The translations under genes and the position numbers were made by a program. 27,872 bases of DNA from Prasinococcaceae sp. CCMP 1430 (lineage: Eukaryota > Plantae > Prasinodermophyta). Shown piece by piece: positions 9,053-17,600 of the stretch (position 1 is its first letter; the number at the start of each line of letters is the position of its first letter). The notes beneath the pieces were generated by a model. That model made no database searches. It had not been told where the DNA came from and saw only the letters and a program-made list of their open reading frames with translations. Location of the stretch: positions 1 to 27,872 of the forward strand of contig RQSC01000141.1 of the NCBI GenBank assembly GCA_013416795.1, written 5' to 3'.

Positions 9053-10753
9053 CGGCCCTCATCGCCGCCGCGGGCACGCCGGCGGCAGGCGCGCCGGGCG
9101 TCGGCGCGCGGCTCGAGTGGCACTCGCAGCTTGTTGACCACTTCGGCGAGCGGTGCGGGCCGGGCGCGACCTTCCGACAGCGCGTCTTCGTCAACGATGA
9201 GCACTTTGTCGCGGCCGACGGCGTGGTCTTGTTCTACACGGGCAATGAAGCGGACGTCACGCTGTACGTGAACCACACCGGCCTCATGTGGGAGAACGCG
9301 AGGGACCTGAGGGCGCTCCTCGTCTTTGCGGAGCACCGCTACTATGGCGAGAGCCAGGTGGTGTGCGCCGGCAGCGACGCCAACGCCGACCTGCGCTTCC
9401 TGACGCACGAGCAGGCGCTCGCTGACTACGTCGCCGTCATAGCGGACGTGCGCGAGCGTTACGGCGCGGAGGAGGTCGCGGTGGTTGCACTCGGCGGCAG
9501 CTACGGAGGAATGCTCAGCGCGTGGATGCGCATGCGCTACCCCGCCGTCGTCGACGGCGCGATCGCGGCGTCGGCGCCCATCCTCGCCTTTCCGCACCTC
9601 GCGCCCACGTTCGATACAGAGTCGTACTGGCGCGTGGTGACCGCGGCTGCCAGACCTTCGCCCGGCGGTGCCGCGGACGCGTGCGCTGCCAACGTGCGCG
9701 CAGCGTGGGCGCCGCTCTTCGCGCACGGCGAGAGCGCGGCCGGGCGCGAAGTGCTGCAGCGTGCCTTCAGGCTGTGCGAGCCGCCAGCCGCGCTCGGCGG
9801 TCAAGGCGCAGGCGAGCGCGTGGCGTACTTTGCCATGATGGCCTTCGATACACTGGCCATGGGAAACTTCCCCTTCCCCAGCGACTGTGTGTGCGCACCG
9901 CCTGCGCACGGCGCTCGCGGCGCGTATCGCCGCTAGGCCAACCTGCTGCTGCTCGAGCAGTGTGCGCGCGGCGCGGCGCTGGGCGTACGCTGACTCGGAC
10001 CGCCCGCTTGTCCCCGCGCGCGCAGACCTTACCAACGGCGGGGCGACGCTTCCCGCACACCCCGTCCGCGCCGCATGCGCCCATCTCGCTGACGCAGCGC
10101 TCGCGGACGAGGACAGCGAGGAGGCGCTGCTCGAGGCGCTCGGCAAGGCCGCAATGACGCTGTACGACCCCGACGGCTCGGCGGCCTGCGTGAAGCTGCC
10201 AACGGACGTCACCTACGACGGCATCTGGGACTACCAGTACTGCACGGAGCTCCTGCCGCAGGAGACGTACTTCGCGCGCGACGGCAACGCCGACATGTTT
10301 TGGCCGAGCAAGTACGACGCGGCGGCGCAGCGACGGCATTGCAAGGACAGATACGGCATCGAGCCGGACGAGTACAGGATCGCGCGCTTATATGGCGGTC
10401 TCGCCGGCGTGCGCAACTCGACCAATCTCGTGCTCAGCAATGGCGAGCTTGACCCCTGGTCGGCGGGCGGCGTGGTCGCCAACGTGAGCGGCGCGCACGC
10501 GAGCGTCATCGCGCTGGCCATGCCCACCGGTGCGCACCACAGCGACCTCTTCTTCGCAAACATCGCCGACGGCGACGACGTGCGGGAGGCACGGCTCGTC
10601 GAGCTCATGCACGTGCGGAGGTGGGCGAAGGAGAGGCGCGCGCGCGCGCGCACTGGCGCCGCTGAGGCGCGGGGCGGCGTGGGGTATAGGGCGCGCGTAC
10701 GCGAGCCGCGGCGCGCGACGGCTGGCGCGCGCGCGCGGCGCATGCGCGCCTGA
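9053..10753 (+). CDS. PRCP: Lysosomal-type Pro-Xaa carboxypeptidase (peptidase S28); model join(<9053..9886,10026..10753), 5'-partial
   Basis: QLVDHF, FRQRVFVN, LFYTGNE, EHRYYGES, EQALADY, nucleophile GGSYGGMLSAWMRMRYP, ASAPIL, WDYQYCTE, SNGELDPWS, GAHHSDL. Intron 9887..10025 restores D-Y-L-T-N-G. The remnant ALIAAAG looks like the end of a signal peptide. Confidence 0.93.
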
Positions 10754-10843
10754 AGGCAGTCCTTTGCGTGACTACGCTTGCGCATGGCCGTGTGCGTGCG
10801 TGTGCTGGTGGGTCCGCACTTCAGATCGTACGCCATCATTTCC

Positions 10844-10848
10844 TTACA
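10844..10848 (-). terminator. TGTAA polyadenylation signal (FHA/DUF2358 gene)
   Basis: TTACA on +, about 50 nt after the stop at 10898. Confidence 0.55.
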
Positions 10849-10897
10849 GGGCGTATTCGAAGGCGGCGCTTCAGGGGGGCAAGGTCGAGCGCGCTCA

Positions 10898-13800
10898 TCA
10901 GCCGACGCGGCGGAGCACATTGAGCCCCGTCCCGGACGAGCGCGCGACGAGCGTAGTCTCGCTCGCGAAGAGCATCTTCCACGACTTGATGGGCTTCACC
11001 CCGCCGCTCTCGCTACCGCTCAGATTGAACGTCAGCGTGGCAGCGTCCGCGTCCCACTTGAAGGTGTCCCCCGGCTTGATTGTGAAGGTGGGGGCATTCC
11101 TGCCAATGAATTGGGGCAGCACCTTGGTGACGAGCGAGATGCCCTCTCCCTCGAAGTCAATGAAGATGCGCTCGTCCACCGGCATGTATCCCTCGAGCAC
11201 CGGAAGCGTCTCAAGGCTGGATGTGTACGCGAGGTACCACGTGCCGTCAACCAGGGAGGCCTCGGGCTTGGTCGCCGAGCCGTCCTCCAGCGCGTCCTCG
11301 AGCAGCGCCACGGAGGCGCGCACGGCCTCGGGCGCCACATCCTCGCTTGCCGCACAGCGCTCGAGCGTCGCCTGCGCATCCGCCAGGTCGGCGGGCAGCG
11401 TGCGGTCCCGGCCAGGTCTGCTGCTCGTGTACTTGCGCGCCGCGACACCCGCGAAGCCCAGCCATGCCAGTCCTTCGACGGAGCCCAGTAGCACGCCAGG
11501 CAGGCCCGCGCCTGTGTATGCAACTGAGGCCACCGACGCAATCACCACGGGCGTTGAAAGCAGCGCGATGCCGTCCTCGTTGGCGTCCCACAGGTCGCCC
11601 AGGTCACCCTTCGATAGGGCCAGCATGTTGCGCTCCCATCCGTCCTCCGGAGATGCAGCGTTGGCGGGTCGCAGGAGGTTGGCCAGGACCGCGCTGATGT
11701 CGCTCTCCCACCTCTCGTTGTGCTCGACGACGCGGTTGTTGGCGTCAAACACATGGGTGGTGGTGCCAGAGGCGGCCAGCCGCGGGCGCCAAGGCAACTT
11801 CAGGACGGAGCTGAAAGTCCACTTGGAGCGCACGCTGCCATCGGCGAGCTCCTGCAGCTCGGCGTCAATGTTGAGCGAGCCTTCCTCGATGAAGTTGCCG
11901 AGGTTGGCCACGTTGCGCTTGAAGCGATCCACCCCGCGGTACGAGCTGAAGTCGTCCGAGAAGGTGCAGTCAGGCGCGTACGCGTCCATCGCACCCTCGG
12001 CAGTCACAAAGTAGTCGGCCTTGTAGTCCGCCTCGATGGACGCCATTGCCTCGGCGCGTGTGAGGGCCGGTACGAAAGGCACCTCTTCCTCTTCCTCCTC
12101 TTCCTCGTCCTCGTCCTCGTCGTCCTCGACATCAGCGGCTTGCGCTACCTTTGCCGAAAGGCTACCGACCGCCTCAGTGGCCGCCCACAGGCCCTTCATG
12201 CCCATGCTGGTCGCCTGCTGCTCTTTCTGAACGACTGGAGCTTGGACATCATCGTCCTCCTCCTCTTCCTCCTCCGCTTCCTCGTATACCTCCTTCTGCG
12301 GCGCCTCGGGCGCGGCTTTGGGGGCGCCGAAACTGAACGATGGCATCTTGAAACCAGTACTGCCGGGGGCGCTGGCGCGGGACTTCGGCGCCTTGCCCGC
12401 CACCGGCACGTCCTCGTCCACTGGCGCGTACGCCACGGTCAGGGGCACGCTCTGGGCCAGCAGCACCGTCGAGCCGGGCTTGACAAACACCTCCTCGCCC
12501 GGCGCCACCTCCGTGTTGGAGAAGAGCCCTGCCTTGACGCGCGTGCCATTGGTCGAATCGAGATCAGAGACGACGAGCGAGCGACCGTCCTCCGTCACCT
12601 CAATCGAGCAGTGCGTGCCCGACACGATGCCCTCCGCGGTATCACCCACCATCTGGATGTCAGAGCCCGCGGCGGTGCCCACCGTCAGCGCCGCACCCGG
12701 AGACAGCGCGATGCATCCACCGTCAATGGCGTCGCTTGTCAGTACCCACTGCTTCTCCGTGCCCGTGGTCGAGCTCACCGCAGGGCTCGGGGGCTGCGCA
12801 GCCGCCCTCGGCGCTGCGGTCTTCTGCGGGGCGCGCCGCTCGCCGGCGGTTGTTGCGAATTCGCGCTGCGTTTGCACATACTGCTGACGCTCGCGCTTGA
12901 GCGCCTCGCGTTCCGCAGTGGTCATGGTAGGGGCCTCCTTGGCGCCGAACAGCGAGAAGCCCTTGCGCGGCGCGGGCTCCTCGTCCTCCTCCTCCTCCTC
13001 ATACTCGGGCTCGGCCTTCGGCTTGGCGCCGAACAGCGAGAAGCCCTGGCGCGGCGCGGGCTCCTCGTCCTCCTCCTCCTCCTCATACTCGGGCTCGGCC
13101 TTCGGCTTGGCGCCGAACAGCGAGAAGCCCTGGCGCGGCGCGGGCTCCTCGTCCTCCTCCTCCTCCTCATACTCGGGCTCGGCCTTCGGCTTGGCGCCGA
13201 ACAGCGAGAAGCTCTGGCGCGGCGCGGGCTCCTCGTCCTCCTCCTCGACGGTCGCCCGCGGGCGCAGCCTGAAGGGCGCGTCTTTGCCGCCGCGCGCGCC
13301 GGCGGCCGCTGGTGCGTCATCCGCCTTCGCGGGCTGGATAGGGCCGAAGAGGGAGAAGCTCTTGCGCTCGGGGGCCGCCGGCTCGGCGGAACTCTTCGAC
13401 GCAGCGAAGCTGGCGCGCGCGGGCGCGGGCGCCTTCTGCTTCTCCTTGGTCTCGCTCGCGGTCACGGTAACCTGTGTCGCGAGCACGAGCGACGCGCCGT
13501 CGACGAGCTCGTATTCGGCATTAGCATCGAGCTCTCTGCCGCCACCCCAGCCCTTCTTCAGGGCCGTGCCGTTGGTGCTGCCGAGGTCGGTCACGGTGAG
13601 CGTACCGTCGCGCATGCACGCGATGCGCACGTGCTGGCCGGAGACGGCGTCCGCCTCGACACCCACCTTGGCGCCCCCACCGGCACGGCCGATGGTCACC
13701 GACTGGCCCGGGCGCAGTGCAACGCTCCCATCTCCGCGGAACGCGTCCGAGCGCAGCTCCCACGACGACGCGCCCGTCGGCGCCGCGCGCACGGGCGCCC

Positions 13801-13981
13801 CGCGCGCGCACCACGCCCCTGTGTGAATATACTGTACTTTGTACAACTGCGATTGGCACGCGCGCCCGCGCTCGCTCGCGGCGCAGCGCGCGCGCGCGCG
13901 CCACGCGCCCGCACGTGCGGATAACTTTCCGGATAACTTTCCGGAACGCCAAATGACCGCCCGGCCGCCCGCCGAACGCAT
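10898..13981 (-). CDS. Multidomain, probably plastid-targeted protein: FHA - FSLFG/acidic repeats - FHA - acidic linker - DUF2358 (SnoaL/NTF2-like) - hydrophobic hairpin - PAP-fibrillin/lipocalin-like domain
   Basis: FHA1: VTIGR..VSGQH..VTDLGSTNGT. FHA2: LTVGT..VSGTH..VSDLDSTNGT. DUF2358: YFVT..AYAPDCTFSD..W.FSSVLKLPWRP..G.T.HVFD..VVEHNERW. TM-like segment LLSTPVVIASVASVAYTGAGLPGVLLGSVEGLAWLG. Fibrillin-like LVDGTWYLAYTSS. One uninterrupted frame. The 5' end is uncertain (ATG 13981 or 14098; possible intron about 13915..13820). Confidence 0.75.
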   Translation of the reverse strand: MRSAGGRAVIWRSGKLSGKLSARAGAWRARARCAASERGRACQSQLYKVQYIHTGAWCARGAPVRAAPTGASSWELRSDAFRGDGSVALRPGQSVTIGRAGGGAKVGVEADAVSGQHVRIACMRDGTLTVTDLGSTNGTALKKGWGGGRELDANAEYELVDGASLVLATQVTVTASETKEKQKAPAPARASFAASKSSAEPAAPERKSFSLFGPIQPAKADDAPAAAGARGGKDAPFRLRPRATVEEEDEEPAPRQSFSLFGAKPKAEPEYEEEEEDEEPAPRQGFSLFGAKPKAEPEYEEEEEDEEPAPRQGFSLFGAKPKAEPEYEEEEEDEEPAPRKGFSLFGAKEAPTMTTAEREALKRERQQYVQTQREFATTAGERRAPQKTAAPRAAAQPPSPAVSSTTGTEKQWVLTSDAIDGGCIALSPGAALTVGTAAGSDIQMVGDTAEGIVSGTHCSIEVTEDGRSLVVSDLDSTNGTRVKAGLFSNTEVAPGEEVFVKPGSTVLLAQSVPLTVAYAPVDEDVPVAGKAPKSRASAPGSTGFKMPSFSFGAPKAAPEAPQKEVYEEAEEEEEEDDDVQAPVVQKEQQATSMGMKGLWAATEAVGSLSAKVAQAADVEDDEDEDEEEEEEEEVPFVPALTRAEAMASIEADYKADYFVTAEGAMDAYAPDCTFSDDFSSYRGVDRFKRNVANLGNFIEEGSLNIDAELQELADGSVRSKWTFSSVLKLPWRPRLAASGTTTHVFDANNRVVEHNERWESDISAVLANLLRPANAASPEDGWERNMLALSKGDLGDLWDANEDGIALLSTPVVIASVASVAYTGAGLPGVLLGSVEGLAWLGFAGVAARKYTSSRPGRDRTLPADLADAQATLERCAASEDVAPEAVRASVALLEDALEDGSATKPEASLVDGTWYLAYTSSLETLPVLEGYMPVDERIFIDFEGEGISLVTKVLPQFIGRNAPTFTIKPGDTFKWDADAATLTFNLSGSESGGVKPIKSWKMLFASETTLVARSSGTGLNVLRRVG
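12939..13246 (-). repeat. Coding tandem repeat, 84-bp unit, about 3.7 near-identical copies (GFSLFGAKPKAEPEYEEEEEDEEPAPRQ)
   Basis: ttggcgccgaacagcgagaagc recurs at 12939, 13023, 13107 and 13191 (84-bp period). Confidence 0.95.
13919..13946. promoter_or_regulatory. Direct tandem GGATAACTTTCC x2 ending in the palindrome TTCCGGAA
   Basis: Copies at 13919-13930 and 13931-13942, near the 5' end of the FHA gene. A regulatory role is inferred; it could be coding (SGKL x2). Confidence 0.3.
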
Positions 13982-14096
13982 TCTTTCTGACCTGTGGACG
14001 GGAGCAAAATCCTCGGAACTGCATCGCACAATCCCCGGCCGGCGTTTCCCGCCGCGGGCCGAGGATCGCACAGTGGGGGATTTTGGGGTGATGCAC

Positions 14097-14133
14097 AAAC
14101 CCTAATTCATAAAACCTAAAAATAAAACCCAAA
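14097..14133 (+). promoter_or_regulatory. Telo-box AAACCCTAA plus degenerate copies (AAAACCTAAA, AAAACCCAAA) in an AT-rich patch upstream of the FHA gene
   Basis: Exact AAACCCTAA at 14097-14105. The telo-box is an established green-plant promoter element. Confidence 0.55.
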
Positions 14134-14327
14134 TCCAAAATCGCGGAATCCGCGCGGCCTCCCCGGGTGGAACCTCTGGAGGCGGGCGGGCGGACGGGGG
14201 GGGCGGCGGCCGCACGCCGGGCGGGGCGGGGCGAGGCGAGGCGAGGCAGGGCGCCGCTCGCGCTTCTCTGCTCCGCTGCCTTCCCCCGTCCCCTTCGAGT
14301 CATCGCGAGGCCTTCGTGGTGTGCATT

Positions 14328-14332
14328 TTACA
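14328..14332 (-). terminator. TGTAA polyadenylation signal (RRM gene)
   Basis: TTACA on +, about 35 nt after the stop at 14367. Confidence 0.55.
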
Positions 14333-14366
14333 GGGGGGCGGCCGCGGCCGCCGCGCGGCCGGCAGC

Positions 14367-15623
14367 TCAGCCGCCGTCCGAGTCGGAGCTCGAGCCGCTG
14401 TCCGAGTCGGAGCTCGAGCCGCTGTCAGAGTCGGAGCTCGAGCCGCTGTCCGAGTCGGAGCTCGAGCCGCTGTCCGAGTCCGAGTCGCTGCTGCTTTCCG
14501 AGCCGCCGCCGTCCTCGCCCTCGTCCATGGCAGCGCCCTCCTCATCGGCACGCGCGGCGGCCGCCGCGGCCTCGGCAGCCTTGGCGGCCTCCCTCTCTGC
14601 GCGCGCCTTGGCGCGCGCCTCCGCTTTGATCTTGCGCTCCTCCGCCGCCTTCGCCTCCGCCACGCGCTTGGCCTCGGCGGCCACACGCGCCTTCTTGCTC
14701 ATAGCGAGGCTCACCGCGACCTCGCCACCCTCAACTCCGCGCAGGCCCTCCGGGGCGCTCCCCTCTTGGGCCTCCCTGACGATGCGCGCAGCGAACGCCT
14801 GGGACAGGCAGTGCACGAAGGCCACGCGCCCGCCAGCGGCGCCCTCGCGCGGAGGTGGGAGCTTGACCGAGTGCAGCTTCTTGCGGTTGAACGCGTTCCA
14901 CAGCTCGGCCTCGGTAATGTCATCCGCGAGGCCCGACAGGTGCACGCTGCGGCCCTCCGACGCGGCGGGCGGCGGGCCCGCCTTTGCAGACTTGGCCTTC
15001 TGCAAATGCGCGGCAGGCGCGCGGGCGGGCGGGCGGGCCAGGCTCCGTCAGCGCGCGCCGGGGGTTACGCGGGGGCGCGCACGCAGAGGCTCGAGCGCAT
15101 GCGAGGGGAGCTCATGGCGGCGTTCGCACATGCGCTTACGCGGACGCACCTTCTTCGCTCCCTCGCCGCCCGCGCCATCCGCCCCTTCCTCCCCGTGCAC
15201 GTCGTTCGCCGCCTGCGCCTCGGTGACGAATTTCAGCTGCGGCCTGCGGCCGGCCACGCCGCTGGCGCGCATGGCCTTGTACGCGCGGGCGGCGTCCTCC
15301 TCGCTCTCGTAGCGCGCGAGGCAGAAGCCCTGGTTGGTGCGCGCGCGCGCCTTGCGGCTCGCTTTTCTCCGCCGGTTGCTCGCGCGCATGGTGAACGAGG
15401 CGAGGCCCTTGGCGGCGCCCGCGTCCGCCACGGCCTGCAGCGCCGCCTTGCGGTCCAGCGTGTACGGCGGGTTGCTCACGAAGATCCGACACGTCGGGGT
15501 GGGCATCGGTCGGCTGACATTGCCGCCCTTCTGCGCGCCTCCTGCCCGCTCGTCGCCGCCGGCGCCCTTGGCCTTGGGGCCGGCCGCCGGCGCCGCGGCG
15601 TCACTCCCAGCGCCCGCGCCCAT
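14367..15623 (-). CDS. RNA-binding protein with 2 RRMs, a Lys/Ala/Glu-rich helix and a Ser/Asp-rich acidic tail; model complement(join(14367..14999,15150..15623))
   Basis: RRM1: RIFVSNPPY..NQGFCLARY. RRM2: SVHLSGLADDITEAELWNAF..RVAFVHC. Phase-0 intron 15149..15000 (AAG|GTGCGT..GCTGAC..TTTGCAG). Confidence 0.8.
14377..14472 (-). repeat. Coding tandem repeat, 24-bp unit x4 (SGSSSDSD)
   Basis: tccgagtcggagctcgagccgctg at 14377, 14401, 14425 (one mismatch) and 14449. Confidence 0.95.
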
Positions 15624-16091
15624 CGCGGCCGCCGGGGCGCGGCACCCGCAGCGCAGGCGGCGCACACGGGCCCCGCCGGCGGTATGTCCGAGCCTCGGAG
15701 CAAAGTCAAACGGCACGCGCAAGCGCCGAGGCGCTCCGCGCGGCGTGTGGCGATGGGGTCGCCCGTGCCCGCACCCACACCTCCCCACCCCTCGACTTGG
15801 CAGCAGGCAGCGGGCGCGCCGCCGCCGCCGCCGCAATCGGCGGCTGTTAACCCTTTTCGCGCGCTGCGCGCGGGAATTGACCCTAAATAATAAGTTTCGG
15901 TTTTAAAGTACAGGATGATGGCACAGAAGTACCATGACGGTACGTACTACCCACTGTGATGTGAGCACATGCAGCGCAGGTGCACGTGCGATGAGCGAGT
16001 GATTGTACGAGTGGCAAGAGCAGGGATGGGGCGATGAGCGACTCGCGAGCGGGCATGTCGCGAGGGCCGTCTGGATGCGGCGCCGGCTCCC

Positions 16092-17600
16092 TCAGTCCGA
16101 CTCGTAGTGCGAGCGTTGCAGGACCTCCGCGCACGCGTCGAGGGGCGGCAACTCGACCTCCAACGTTTGGGTGGCCACGCCGTCGCCGCAGCGGACGCGT
16201 TGCATCGACGCGTGCAGCTCCTCCATAGAAAAGGGTGACTCGGCGCTCGAGTGCACGTCCAGCACCCGCAGGCACACCATCTCGTCCGCCAGCGTGCGCG
16301 CGTCCCCCGCGCTTAGCCCGACGGCCTTGACAGCATACTCGCGTTCCAACGCACGCGCGAGCGCCTCGAGGCCCGCGCGCAGCGTGTGCTCCGTCCACAC
16401 GTGCAGGTGAGCCAAGCGGGGGGCCTCGGCGATTCTCCTCGCGGCTTTTCTCCATTCGTCTTCGCCGGGGTGCGTGACGATGTTGTCCGAACACACTTCT
16501 GTCTTGCGAGCCTTGCCCTCTAGCATGCTCTGAAATTTGGAGGCGGCGCACATGCCGAGGATCATCTCGTCGGCGTGACGAAGTCGCAAATCGTCAAGCC
16601 GCGCGAGTCGGACCCTCTCATCAGTGTCACCTCCGCCCTGCGTGGGGTAGCCGAACTCCGCCTCCACGTGCGCGACGGATGTCGGCAGGCGTATCCTCTC
16701 GAAAACCGAGCAGCCATGGGGCACACCGAAGAGCAGCACGCCGTTGCGCGTGAGCGTGCGCCCCCACGCGCGGATGGCGCCCCACATGTCCGGCATGTGC
16801 TCAAGCACGTGAAAGGCCGCCAGTCCGTGGAAGGAATCCTGCGCGATCGTCGACATGCTCGTGGCGTCCGCCACGTGCGTGATGTTTGGGCCGCCGTACA
16901 CCCCGTCCGGGCAATGCTCGGAGAGCGCAGGGCATGGGTGCGGACAGTGCTTGGCGAGTTCAGCCTCGTCGTCGGTGTAGTCGATGTAGTAGCGCTGCAC
17001 GCGCCGCCGAACGCCGCCTCTGTCGCTGAGCAGGCCCCGGGGCACATTCAGCGCGAGGCTGCACGGGCCGATTTCGGCGAGTGCGAGCGCCTCCCCGGCA
17101 TTGCCACCCACGTAGGCCTCGGCGTTGCGGATGTGCCAGCCCACCCATGCGCCGCGATCGACGTAGCAGGGCGAGCGCACGCCCGAGGGGGGGCACTCTT
17201 CGCGCGACGACTCGTCGGCGAACTGCGTGCCTGGGAACGCGCGGCCCACGCGTGCCTCCCAGCGCATGCGCACTTTGCCCATCGCGGACTCCTGCGCGCA
17301 CACGCCGCCACCGTTGCCGCCGTCGTTTGAACGCGCGCGCGCCACCGCGCGGGACGCGTCTCCCAGCACCTGCGACAGCGGACGCGCCTCGACCATCGAG
17401 GACTCGCCTGCGCGCGCGCCGCCACCGCCGTTGCTCCCGCCGGCGTTCGAACGCACCGCGTCGGAACGCTCGGGTCGGCGCATCATCGCGGCACGCGTGG
17501 CTACTAGAACCAGCGCACCCGCGAGCGCGAGCGCCATCAGCAGCAAGACCCGCAGGTCGCGGGCCCGCGCGCCGGCGGTGGCCCGAGCGCGCGACCACAT
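16092..17600 (-). CDS. Class I SAM-dependent methyltransferase (Methyltransf_11-like) with an N-terminal signal anchor; intronless
   Basis: Hydrophobic anchor LRVLLLMALALAGALVLVAT. LAEIGP (motif I-like), YYIDYTD, VADATSMSTIAQDSFHGLAAFHVLEHMPD..WGRTLTRNGVLLFGVP (motifs II/III), and a distal HLHVWT. Confidence 0.75.
   Translation of the reverse strand: MWSRARATAGARARDLRVLLLMALALAGALVLVATRAAMMRRPERSDAVRSNAGGSNGGGGARAGESSMVEARPLSQVLGDASRAVARARSNDGGNGGGVCAQESAMGKVRMRWEARVGRAFPGTQFADESSREECPPSGVRSPCYVDRGAWVGWHIRNAEAYVGGNAGEALALAEIGPCSLALNVPRGLLSDRGGVRRRVQRYYIDYTDDEAELAKHCPHPCPALSEHCPDGVYGGPNITHVADATSMSTIAQDSFHGLAAFHVLEHMPDMWGAIRAWGRTLTRNGVLLFGVPHGCSVFERIRLPTSVAHVEAEFGYPTQGGGDTDERVRLARLDDLRLRHADEMILGMCAASKFQSMLEGKARKTEVCSDNIVTHPGEDEWRKAARRIAEAPRLAHLHVWTEHTLRAGLEALARALEREYAVKAVGLSAGDARTLADEMVCLRVLDVHSSAESPFSMEELHASMQRVRCGDGVATQTLEVELPPLDACAEVLQRSHYESD

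Noticed and set aside
5785-10212. 1475-aa minus-strand ORF as a single giant protein
   Set aside because: It crosses the N at 9052. Its first about 390 aa are the antisense shadow of PRCP; only 9051 downward is the Dispatched-like CDS.
10621-10753. Unannotated intron explaining the Arg-rich PRCP C-terminal tail
   Set aside because: The possible donor (AG|GTGGGC) would remove the conserved terminal Trp, and there is no good branch/acceptor pair; left as a low-complexity extension.
11720-13924. Long overlapping or antisense ORFs (734 aa here; also 1241-2581, 7991-9271, 14316-15890, 21338-22645 and others)
   Set aside because: Shadow frames expected from extreme GC/GC3 bias; Arg/Ala/Gly-rich translations with no recognisable motifs.
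14230-14247. (GGCGA)n runs here and at 23634-23657 as a dispersed element
   Set aside because: Only 3-5 units of a GC-rich pentamer with unrelated flanks; ordinary microsatellites.
12939-14472. 84-bp and 24-bp repeats as a CRISPR array
   Set aside because: Head-to-tail units with no unique spacers, in frame within eukaryotic CDSs, and no cas genes.
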